DNA from: Scyliorhinus canicula | Lineage: Eukaryota | Assembly (NCBI RefSeq): GCF_902713615.1 | Contig: NC_052171.1 | Span: 1,426,001 to 1,490,000, forward strand | Reading direction: 5' to 3' | DNA: 64,000 nucleotides | Shown here: positions 1 to 11,200 of the stretch, in pieces | Numbering within the stretch: position 1 is the stretch's first letter | Layout: the number at the start of each line of letters is the position of its first letter | Made by a program: the position numbers and the translations under genes | The notes under the pieces: generated by a model | What the model saw: only the letters and a program-made list of their open reading frames with translations | Told to the model about the DNA's origin: nothing | The model's database searches: none

Positions 1-217
1 GATGCCAGACATTTGCAGGTAATCAAATCTTTCCAGATCCAGAGATAGGGGTAATCCCAGGTTGAAGAGGTGTGAACCAAGAATTGAACCTACTTTTAAA
101 CATGGGCATGAAGCTGCTGGCTAAGGTCCTGGCGCTCCGTCTGGAGCCTTATCTCCAGTTACAATTTTGGAATTTTGGGCTTTGTGAAGGGCCAACAATT
201 GTCAGCCAATATCTGTC

Positions 218-532
218 AAGAACAAAGAACAATACGGCACAGGAAAAGGCCCTTTGGCCCTCCAAGCCTGGTACCTGCCTTAATGAAAACCCTATGCACT
301 TACAGAGTCCGTATCTTTCCATCCCCACCCTATTCATATATTTGTCTTGATGTCCCTTAAATGCTGCCATCGGACCTGCTCCCACCACCTCCCCAGGCAG
401 CGTGTTCCATATATTTACCACCCTCTGTGTGAAAAAACTTGCCTCGCACATCTGTTCTAAACTTTTCCCCATGCACTTCAAACCTATGTCCCCTTGTACT
501 CGAGTCTCCTACCCTAGGAAAGAGCATCTGAC
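218..532 (-). mobile_element. CR1-type LINE 3' end
   Basis: FFTQRVVNIWNTLPGEVV...FKGHQDKYM on minus strand plus the (TTCTTTG)-type tail; similar to 2950-3290. Confidence 0.8.
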
Positions 533-604
533 TTTTAAATGTTATTCTTTCCCCCTCCCCAGCACCTGAGGTTATAATATCTCTGGACGCTGAAAAAGCA
601 TATC

Positions 605-989
605 ATCAAATCATAGAATTTACAGTGCAGGAGGCCATTCAGCCCATCAAGTCTGCACTGGCTCTTGGAAAGAGCACCCTACCCAAGCCCACACCACCCT
701 ACCCCATAGCTGCTTGCAGAAAAATACTTTTCACTGTACCTCGGTACACGTGACAATAAACAAATCCAATCCAATACAATAACTCAGTAACCACACTCAA
801 CCAGGGCAATTTAGCATGGCCAATCAACTTCACCTGCACATCTTTGGACTGTGGGAGGAAACTGGAGCAGCCACGTGCACACGGGGAGAACATGCAGACT
901 CCGCACAGACAGTGACCGAGCCGGGAATCCAACCTGGGACACTGGAGCTGTGAAGCAATTGTGCAACCCACTATGCTACCGTGCTGCCC
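605..989 (-). mobile_element. HE1/V-SINE-type tRNA SINE with internal Rex-Babar tail insertion (about 709-775)
   Basis: Head GGGCAGCACGGTAGCATAGTGG with B-box-like GGTTGGATTCCC, central V-type domain, CR1-like tail. Confidence 0.8.
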
Positions 990-2261
990 TAACATAGTGG
1001 AATGGGAATCTCTGAGATTTTCAGGAGTTTTGGATTCAAATATAAATTTGTCTCCTGGATTTCTCTGTTGTATAATGCCCCGACTTCCAGTGTTTGCACG
1101 AACTCTCTACACTCACATTACTTTCATTGGGCAGGGCACTCGACAGGGCTTCCCCCTTTCCCCACTTCTGTTTGCCTTGGCAATAGAGCCTCTCTCTATA
1201 TCGTTGAGGGCCTCTAATCATTGGAGCGATACCTGTAGTGATGGGATGGAGCATTGGCTATCGCTTTATGCTGATGACCTACTTATATACATTATGGACC
1301 TGACTCCCTCCACAGAAAGTATACTTAAGACACAATACAATTGCCTCTTCTCTGGTTACAAATTGAATTAAGGCAAAAGTTGTGCGGTGTACCCCACAGT
1401 TTCGTCCAATTAACCGTTCCAAACCAGTTTTGGTTATTTGGTCAGCTGTCCCATAATTGTGCCTCACTTCATACTACTCAAGTCTAACTAATAGTGTCAG
1501 AGCGGATCTACAGAGGTGAAACAACTTCCCTGTCTGGCAGGTAAGGATCCAAACAATTAATTAAATGTACTTATAAGATTTTTATTCTTCGATGTATCCC
1601 ATTTTTATGCCAAAATCCTTTTTTGTTCACAAATTGATTTCTGCTTTCATTTGGGCCGGTAGGAGTCCCAGAATCCGCAGTGTTCAGCTCCGGAGACAGG
1701 CGGGCAGGACAATTCTTTTGTTTTATTACTCGGCTGCTAGCTGTGGATTAGTGACCCCAATTCTATTTGGGGCAAAATGGAGGCTCGCTCATGTGCACCA
1801 CCTCTACTCTTCATGTCATAGTTACTGCACCACTGCCCTTCTCTCCTGCTAGGTTTTCCTCAAATCCATCAGGATTTGTAAACATTTTGGCAGCACTTTA
1901 AGCTTTTCCCCCTATCCTCTTTAGCTTATATTTGTAACAATCACCTCTTCGTGCCCTCTGGTTTGGACCCTTCATTTAAATCTTGGAAGGCAAAAGGACT
2001 TGAGCATTTTGGTGACTTATTTGTAGAAGGGAGATTTGCCAGTTTCACGGAGCTGGCTGACAAACTTCAGTTGCCAAATTCTCACTTTTTCGCCATTTGC
2101 AGATTAGAAACCTTTCCCATATTTCCTTCCTATACTTTGGTCCCGTCCTCCTTCTTGCTGAACGAGGCTTTATCCTTGGCTCAACCTGGTGAGGGGTCTA
2201 TCTCAGAGCTGTATGGCTATATTCTTTTGTCGGATACTGGTCATGTCTCAACTAACCTTTC

Positions 2262-3291
2262 TAGCAAATTCTGGGCACCATGATTCAGGAAAGATGTCAA
2301 GGTCTTGGAGAGGATACAAAGATTTAACAGAATGTTAGCAGGGATGAGAAACTAAAGGTAACAATTCAAGTTTCTCCAGAGAATAGAAGTCAATGAGATA
2401 CTTATTAAAATGTTCAACATTATTCTGAAGTTTGATCGAGTAAATACGGGAAAACTGTTCCATGGACAATAATCAAGAGATAGATGTTGTGCTCAGGAAA
2501 TGTGAGGTAATGCATTTTGGAAGGTCTAATGCAAGTATGAATGTATAGTGAATGTATAGTGAATGGTAGAACCCTCAAGACTACTGACAGTCAGAGAGAT
2601 CTAGGTGTACAGGTGAAAGGGGCAACACAGTGGAGAAGGTAGTCAAGGCGGCAGACGGCATGCTTGCCTTCATTGGCAAGGGCATTGAGTATAAAAATTG
2701 GAAAATCATGTTGCAGCTGTACAGAACCTCAGTTATGCCACATTTGGAGTATAGTGTTCAATTCTGGTCGCCACACTACCAGAAGGATATGGAGGCTTCA
2801 GAGAGGGTGCAGAAGAGATTTACCAGGATGTTGCCTGGTATGGAGGGCATTACCTGTGAGGGGAGGTTGAATAAACTCTGTTTGTTCTCACTTGAACAAC
2901 GGAGTTGAGGGGCGGCCTGATAGAGGTTGACAAAATTATGAGGGGCAGAGACAGAGTGGACAGTCAGAGTCTTTTTCCCAGGGTAGAGGGGTCAATTACT
3001 AGGGGGCATAGGTTTAAGGTGCGAGGGGCAAGGTTTAGAGATGTACGAGACAAGTTTTTTTTTTTACACAGAGGGTAGTGGGTGCCTGGAACTCGCTGCC
3101 GGAGGAGGTGGTGGAAGCAGGGACGATAGTGACGTTTAAGGGGCATCTTGACAAATACATGAATAGAATGGGAATAGAGGGAAACGGACCCCGAAAGTGT
3201 AGAAGATTTTAGTTTAGGCGGTCAGCATGGTCGGCACTGGCTTGGAGGGCCGAAGGACCTGTTCCTGTGCTGTACTTTTCTTTGTTCTTTG
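2262..3291 (+). mobile_element. CR1 LINE 3' fragments (older 2262-2480, younger about 2488-3291)
   Basis: PHLEYSVQFWSPHYQKD...ERVQKRFTRMLPG; CR1 3' UTR and tail. Confidence 0.85.
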
Positions 3292-3309
3292 AAAAGAATT
3301 AAAGGGTAA

Positions 3310-3769
3310 TTTTTTTTAATTTAGAGGATCCAATTTAGGTTGTGGGCCTGAAACCCCAGCAGACACAAGGAGAACATGCAAGCTCCACAGACAGTGACCC
3401 AGGGTCAGGATTCAATCCCGGGTCCTCAGCGCCGTAGTCCCAGTGGATTGGATTGGATTTTGTTGTCACGTGTACCGAGGTACAGTGAAAAGTATTTTTC
3501 TGCGAGCAGCTAAACAGATCATGAAGTACATGAAAAGAAAAGGCAATAAAATAAAATACAGAATAGGGCAACACAAGGTACACAATGTAACTACATAAAC
3601 ATCGTCATTGGGTGAAGCACACAGGGGTGTAGTGTTAATGAAGTCAGTCCATAAGAAGGTCATTTAGGAGTCTGGTAAAAGCGGTTAAGAAGCTGTTTTT
3701 AGTCTGTTCGTGCGTGTTCTCAGACTTTTACTCACCACTCAGTGTTAACCACTGTGCCACATGCCACCC
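3310..3769 (-). mobile_element. Short HE1-type SINE interrupted by a Rex-Babar 3' fragment (about 3445-3730)
   Basis: SINE halves flank (GGATT)n plus TGTCACGTGTACCGAGGTACAGTGAAAAG. Confidence 0.7.
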
Positions 3770-4435
3770 TAATTAGAGGGTAAATTGGGTATTTTTTTAA
3801 TAAGCATAGCAACTTCTGATAAACTGGAAGGATGCGAGAAGCAAATTCAGCAATAACTTTCAAAAGGAAATTGGATATGTACTTGAAAAGGAAAGATTTG
3901 CATGCCTTCAGGAAAAAAATTAGGTAACTTGGGCTAAATTGTACACCAATTTACATTACTCCTTGTGAATGGCAGTCTAAACTAAGATTACTGGACTGTC
4001 ATTTACATTCTTGACCATTAAAAGTATGTTGCTTCTGAATCATCTGTCAAAAAATTACAAACCTTCCAAATGATGGCCTCGAGTCCAATGGAGAGGGAAA
4101 CTCATTATTGCCATTTTCAATCCAAGTTGAACCCCCATTGAGATCCATAACCACGCTCGCAGTCTTAAAAAGATGATAGCAAAGACAATGTTTTTTTCAA
4201 ACGTAAAAAGGGTGACAATTGCAGTTGGTGAGTTGTTAAAGCAGTTCGCGCATCGTCAAGAGAAGCTCGCAACTCAAATGTCGAGCAATTCCCACCCAGC
4301 CCCAACCAAAATATGTCCAAACTTCCTAAACCACTGCCATTTGCGGGTCAGTGGTAAAACGACCAACAAATTCATCGGGTCACGGGTGGGAGACTTCAAC
4401 GTGAAAAACATGAGCTGACCCAAGTGACTTTGAGA

Positions 4436-4670
4436 TTTTATTTATTTTTTTAAATAAATTTAGAGTGCCCAATTCATTTTTTCCAAATAAAGGGGCAATT
4501 TAGCATTGGCCAATCCATCTACCCTGCACAGCTTTGGGTTGTGTGGGGGGGGGATGTGACCCAGGCAGACACAGGGAGAATGTGCAAACTCCACACGGAC
4601 AGTGACCCGGGGCCGGGATCGAACCTCGGCCCCGAGACAGCGCTGCTAACCACTGCGCCACCGTGTTCCC
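4436..4670 (-). mobile_element. Short HE1-type SINE
   Basis: A/B-box head, GTGTGGAGTTTGCACATTCTCC core, AT-rich tail. Confidence 0.8.
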
Positions 4671-4939
4671 CCTCACTTGAGATTTTAAAGCAGGGGGTGG
4701 AAAGACAGGGAAGGGAAAAGGAAATGGTGAGGGAAGAAGGGACAACAACAAAGCCTGAGCTGATGGCGGCTCTGAATGATTGACTTGACAATCAAGACAA
4801 GATCGTGCAGCAGCAACGATAACCACGCACTCCACTCGGGGCAAAATGCTGCAAATCTGAGAGGAACACGAAAGTGCTGGAGGTTGGAGAGAAACGAAGC
4901 TGACGTTTCAGGTCCAACAGGGAAGCTTTACTCGGAGTT

Positions 4940-5435
4940 CATGCCGGGGCTACCTCCCTCGGCATTGACCGGGTGGGAGGGAGCAACTCCCGAGGAGAAA
5001 GCCCGACCAGAAAAGCCAGGTCTGGTGTTTTTTTTTAAATTCCCCACCCGCGCACAGATTTCCCACCTCCGCGGCGACTGCCTTTTATTTTCAGCTGAAG
5101 AAATGAAGCTGAGAGCAGAGGAGAGACGGAAAGCGGCCGTTTGCTTCGCGCACCCACGGTCCAGTCAGTCAGCTCGGCGCCGCACACTCGGCCGTCGAAG
5201 GAAAACGGAAAACCCTGAGGGCCGGGCGCTCGCGCCGGCGGCGGCTTTCGAAACGACCAATGGTGAGCGGGTCTCCCAGGCCACGTGGCCGGCGGCTCCG
5301 ACCAATGGGGAGGGCCGCTGGAAGGGACGGTTGGCCGGGGAGGCGTCAGGTGCTGCGATTTGAATTGCGAGCGACGCGCGCGCGCCATTCGGCCCGTCGC
5401 GCCTGCGCCATTCGGCCCGTCGCGCCTGCGCCAGC
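4940..5435 (-). promoter_or_regulatory. CpG-island promoter; probable non-coding first exon (about 5050-5210) of an unidentified gene
   Basis: Sharp CpG enrichment; CCAAT at 5257-5261 and 5302-5306; CACGTG at 5282-5287; GCGCCTGCGC (NRF1-like) at 5399 and 5422; strand is inferred, not shown. Confidence 0.6.
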
Positions 5436-5496
5436 GGAGATGGGGGGGATGATGGGGGAGATGGGGGGGATGGGGGATGGGGGGGGGGGGGGGGGA
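5436..5496 (+). repeat. G-rich (G5-7AT)n low-complexity tract, G-quadruplex potential
   Basis: Direct reading of the sequence. Confidence 0.8.
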
Positions 5497-6976
5497 GCGT
5501 CACGACTCCTGCTCCTCTTCCCCCACCATGAACACTTTCTATTCAAGTAATCATCTGATGCCCTCTTGCATGCCTCCATTGAAGCTGCAGGCTGCGCATT
5601 AATTCCAGAACCTGACCACCACCCCCCCTAAGTGAGAAAGCCATTCCTCCTCCCTCCATTACTGCACAGCAAGATCCCACACACACACAAATAAAAGTTC
5701 AAACACACAGCCTGACCCCATTTTCTGCCAACTGAGGTTGGGTCAGAGGTCAAACATCGGCCCAGAAAACTCAAGGGCACCGCACTTTTTTTGGTCTTTC
5801 TTCGAACATGCCCACGGTTCAGATAACCCAGCACCCTGCGCTTGGCGATACTGCCAAGAGGTGAGGGAGCATCCTGTGAAATGTGAGCAATGTTCATTCT
5901 CTCCAGCTATGCTGCACGACCAGCTGAGCATTGTTAGCTTTTTCCATTCACCAGCAGCTGCCATTGTGCCTGCTGCCAATTGCACCAGTGTGTTTTCTGT
6001 GAATAAATCAAATTCGGCGAATGGCAGTTGACACAAATTGTTGGGATTTGTTTCCATGGATGTGGCCAGAGCTGTCAAGGCGAGAGGCTTACACTTTTGA
6101 GTCCATTTCAGCAGACTGCAGTCTGGTGTCACAGCTCAGCCAAACCAGGACATCTTACAGGTTTTTACAACCATCAATGATAGTTCCAGATTTATGAACC
6201 AAATTCAGATTCCAGCGGCTGATGTGGTACAATTTGAAACCATGTCCCCAGAGCCTTAGCTAAGTCTTCTCCTCACTCTTCCAGCAACATTGCCACTGTC
6301 TCACCCCAGGACATGATAACAAGATTCTGCTAGCCAAATAAACTTCCATTGCATGAGTTAATTTCACAACCTTGTGATGTCCCAAAGTGCTTGATACTGA
6401 ATTAAATATCTTTTAATCATCACTGGAATCTACAAAGCACAGCAATTCACACAAGAAGCAATCTCTCCGCTTCAGGAATATTAATTGGGCGAGTGCTTCG
6501 CCAAAAACCCACGTTTCAAGTTGCACTTCCGGACTTGATGGCTTTGTCAGGTGGATCATAACGCGGCACGCCAGATTGATTATCAATCTGCAAATCCTTC
6601 CACTCCTTTTCTGGAAGCCAATAACAGCAGGAAAGGCTCCTGCTCAAGCACCTGCAGAAGCAAACAGCAAACCACTGCAGCACCTTCCACTGAATGACCA
6701 TTGTAATCGAAGGTCACAGTCATCAAAGTCTTTTCAAGCATAGCACCTATGGAGAGGGAGAATGTTGGTTCACAACTAAATATTGGCCATCATACAAGAA
6801 GTTCATTCCTCCTCCTTGCCTTGGGATTTTTTCATGTGCACCTGCAGGGTCCACAGTGCAATCCATTGACTGTTCAAGGTTTCAGTACTACCATCTTTGA
6901 ACAATAGAGGGAGATAATGCTTCACTGAAAACGGACTTTACACAGATCAACATCAGCAGCTGTGGGCTGACATGCA

Positions 6977-7286
6977 GTAATAATAATCTTTATTATTGTC
7001 ACAAGTAGGCTTACATTAACACTGCAATGAAGTTACTGTGAAAATCCCCTAGTCATCACACTCCGGTGCTTGTTCGGGTACACTGAGGGAGAATTCAGAA
7101 TGTCCAATTCATCTAACAGCACATCTTTCGGGGCTTGTGGGAGGAAACCGGAGCCCCCGGAGGAAACCCACGCAGACACGGGGAGAACCCGCAGACTCCG
7201 TACAGAGAATGACCCAAGCCGGGAATCGAACCTGGGACCGTGGCGCTGTGAAGCAACATGCTCACCGCTGTGCTACCATGCTGCCC
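6977..7286 (-). mobile_element. HE1-head SINE with L2-type tail and (ATT)n end
   Basis: Head as in other copies; tail ...AACTTCATTGCAGTGTTAATGTAAGCCTACTTGTGACAATAA. Confidence 0.75.
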
Positions 7287-7837
7287 TGCGATGCAAGATT
7301 TATGCACAAAGTACCAATAAAATGGTCAGAAAAATGTAGTTCTTAAAATACTGGAGATCATCTGCTGCCCTCCATCGGACTTCACCCAAGTTATGAAGGT
7401 TGCATCTCTCAGATGGAAGGATACCACCCACCTTTTGTTTTTGAAGATGTATTTTAATGGGAATTTTACTTTAGAGTTTGTAATTAACTCTTGACAGGCA
7501 AAACACAATTTCTTGCACCCCCATGTGCTTGAAAGGGCATTCAATTTAAATAATTTTGTTGCAAACCTTAAACAACACGATCATGCTGAAGAGCCCTCAG
7601 AGAGGGTACTTGTTCTTGGACTTTGCTCTTAAACTTGTTTCCAAAACTGTCATACATGTGCCTTGTGAAATTTGGGTAAGATGTTTTGTGCATGAAGTTA
7701 AAGAAAGAGCCCAACGTCAGTTTTTACAAGTTGAGAAAAGGGTACACAGCCATAAATGCTCAGCAATCTGCAAACAAAAAAGTAACCAAGTCTCACTAAT
7801 TAAAAGCAAAAAAAAGCAATTGCCTTTCTGTGTTGCA

Positions 7838-7843
7838 TTTATT
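7838..7843 (-). terminator. Candidate DDX56 poly(A) signal AATAAA
   Basis: TTTATT on the plus strand about 380 nt 3' of the DDX56 stop. Confidence 0.45.
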
Positions 7844-8219
7844 CGTAGAGAGGGGCAATTAAAAAAGTCGCAGGCCATTCACTTAGCCACCAAGGAAAAC
7901 AGTTTAAGGGAATAAAATGAATAAGGCTCAGGCCAACTGCAGCAATGGATACCTATTTTGAACTGCAAAATCTCAAGAATTTAGAACACAGACCAAGCTT
8001 CACAGAAGTGGACATACATTTCAATCAAGGCCACTGCCCAAGGTGACACGAAACTGAAGAAACACGAACTGTGGCCCTGCCGTTTGAAAGCAGCTTCTGT
8101 CAATTTCAGACTCCTCCGGGAATGCAAGGACCTCAGCTGGGCCTGAATGCAAGACACATCGACAGAGCAGTCTCTGGTTTTGGAAATTCAAATCCTCTTC
8201 ATACTGGTCTCAGGCTGCT

Positions 8220-8288
8220 TTAACTCGCACTTTTGGACTTCTTTCCTTTGTACGTGAAATGCTTGAGTGGATTCTGCCTCTTGTTTCG
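8220..8288 (-). CDS. DDX56: DDX56 exon 14 ([22 protein letters not shown])
   Basis: ttttttag acceptor; TAA at 8220-8222. Confidence 0.9.
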   Translation of the reverse strand, partial: RNKRQNPLKHFTYKGKKSKSAS

Positions 8289-11200
8289 CTAAAAAATAAA
8301 AATAAAACAATCATTTTTGTGCTGATCGTCCATAACGCCAACTTTACAATCCACCATATTTCACCGTTGTCCTCTGCACTGCGATAGCTAAACCTAGATT
8401 TTTCATCGACCAATAACATGCATCAACATCGTGATCAATTACGGCATTTGGTTCTGAGAGGCAACTCGGATAGTAATTGCTGGTCATTTGTGACGGTTAA
8501 TTAATTAAAAGATGGCTTCCCAAATGAATCAAGGACATTTAAAAAATAAAGCTAATTTTTGCAGGAAAGTGAAATTAATGTGGAAGTTCAACCATGATAT
8601 TCTTGAATGGCAGAGAAGGCTTGAAGGGCTTTCTGCTGTTTCTACTTACGTCTGCATCATCTGAAATGCTGATATGATGTAAATCAAGTGAAATCTCGTC
8701 ACATCGTAATACAATTGAATCTTACATTCAGTTTTGAGAGAGAAGTGTAGATCTAAGACTACCATTTTTAACAAAGGCAATTATGAGGGCATGAAAGCAG
8801 AGTGAACAAGCAAATTAAGTTAAGGAATAGGTCAATTCAGATGCACTGACAACATTTCAGAGGATATTTCAGAATATCAAAATGGAAACATTCCAACAAA
8901 AAGCAAAATTCCATGGTGAGGCCCCATCATCTGTGGTTAACTGAAAAACTTAAAGATAGTGTCAAACTTAAACAAATAATACACAATGACTGGTAGGAGG
9001 TCAGAAGATTGGAAATAATATTTAAAAAGAGGCAACAGATTAATAAGGAGGTAAAATTAAGAGTTCAAGAGCAAACTGGCTAAAAATGCAAAGACAGACA
9101 GTAAGAGTTTCTCCGGATATTTTAAAAAGAAAAAAGTTAACAAAGTGAGCGGTTCCCGTCTTGAGAGTGGGTGTGGGGAATTAATCATGTGAAAGGAGTT
9201 GGCAGCGGAATTGAACCTTGCATCATCTTCAGTGCAGAGGGTACAAGGAACAGCCCAGAAAAGGAACCACAAAACAAAATATCACCAGGGAAATGGTACT
9301 GAGCAAATTTGGAGCTGCAGACCGTCAAGTTCCCAGGTCCAGATGGACTTCATCCGAGTGGTCTTAAAGAAATAAGCTCATGAGATCTTCCCTCACCTTC
9401 ATTTTCTTCTGGGCATTTCTTTCCTGGATCTTTCTCCTCCACCTTTTTCTCTTACTGATGAGGGGGTTAGCAATTCCTCGTAGTGTTTGGGGAACTGGAA
9501 GGACGAAAAGAAAAGTCACTTTAACATTCTTACCACTAAAAGCAACTGATCTTAATTGAAATGTTACTTTTCCAGATTCATGAATGCAACAAGAGGCTCA
9601 AACAGCTGCAGGTATTCACTGATCTCCAATTGATATTAGTCGGCAGCATTCACCTTGCAACTGGCACTGTTGCCAGGTCTGAATGTCACGGTTTCAAGTT
9701 TCAGACCGAAGAGTTGAACATATAATCTATACGCAGTGGTGTTACATACTGTTTGTCGAGAAGTTAAACCAATGCCGTCAGAAATCAGGGAAATGCCCCG
9801 TGTCCCAGTCAATCTGAATTGCTCAACTGGTATCACAAAAACTAATTATCTGGTCATTGATCTTGTATCTGTTTGGGGAACCTGCAGCCACTCCTTCAGC
9901 AAGAATACATTCACCTTAAAAGAAGCTAACATTTAAAAGCTGACAGCCCAAGGTGGCGTGTGAACTCCAATTCTCAGAAAGAACAGGAGAAGTTGGTTTA
10001 AGTGTGACTGACACACTGAGGAGTTGGAACATTAGTCACTTAGGTGGTAGAGCCTTGCAGTCAGTCCTTCAGCAAGAACTCATTAAACTTAAAAGCAGAC
10101 ATGTGAAAGCCCAAAAAAGAGTCATGCAAAAAAAGGCCATGTCATGGAACTGCACCCAAAAAGCAGACAAGACCAGTGACTTCTCCAATATGCTGCTGAA
10201 CAGATAGCTGGGGCAATTAAGCCAATCAAATTAAGCGATCTACCCAAGATTTTAATGATTTGTCACAAGCAATGAATTTTGGTAAACTGCCTCCAAATCC
10301 AAGTTAAACTCAGAAACAAATGAACTGTGGAGCCACTGTATCTGAGTGTTCCCCACATCCCTCGGAAATGCTAACCTCAAAAACTGGTTCATTCGAATGA
10401 AATTCACTTCACCAACCAGATGATGCCAATTCACCAGAAACTTGCCCATCGAAACACCTTCAGACATTGACGGATTATTTATGACCCACGTTGCAAGATA
10501 CTTGCAGTATGTAAGAAGGTACAAGCAAACGTGGGAGGGGTTTGTGGCAATCATTCTGGCAAGAGTGGCAGGTGGCACAGTGGTTCACAGCGAGACCCGT
10601 GTTCAAATCCGAGCCTTGGGCAACGGTGTGGAGTTTGCACGGTCTCCCTGTGTGTGTGTGGGTTTCCTCTAAGTGCTCCAGATTCCTCCCACAGTCCCAA
10701 GATGTGCAGGTTAGGGGGTGGGTTGCTCTTTCACAGAGTCGGTTCAGATTCGATGGGCGTAATGGCCTCTTTCTGCACTGTGCAATTCTATGAAAAAGTG
10801 ATTTTCGAACTTGTTAAACAAACGCGCAGTTGACAGTAGTTGCAGGAGCAACTTTCCATGGTTTAACTGGGTGAATGCAGCTTTTAAGTTATGGGAACAA
10901 AGTTTGTAAGTATCAGACAGATTTAACCTAAGGGTCACAGGGTACTTATATTTCCAACTTTACCGATGCAACTACTTTCAACTGTCGAAAAGAGTTGTAC
11001 ATCTGGACCATTTTCTCCACTGGATGGGTTCAGGTAGCACAGTGGGTAGTACTGTGGCTTCACAGTGCCAGGGTCCCGGGTTCGATTCCCGCTTGGGTCA
11101 CTGTCTGTATGGAGCCTGCGCGTTCTCCCAGTGTCTGCTCCCCAACTCTTTATGCTTATATACACTGTGTGCAGAACTCCACGATTCAACCCAAGCCTGC

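Larger units (their letters stand above)
60..2260 (+). mobile_element. Degenerate L1/Tx1-clade LINE ORF2 (RT) fragment, interrupted by CR1 and SINE insertions
   Basis: Broken peptides [62 protein letters not shown]; many stops and frameshifts. Confidence 0.85.

Noticed and set aside
5257-5287. ER-stress element (CCAAT-N9-CCACG)
   Set aside because: Spacing is 19 nt, not 9.
4776-6132. ORFs over and beside the CpG island
   Set aside because: GC-driven open frames with no recognisable domain.
6516-6651. Exon-like segment (ttctgcag acceptor, short ORF to a stop)
   Set aside because: No recognisable homology or partner exons; cannot be supported without RNA data.
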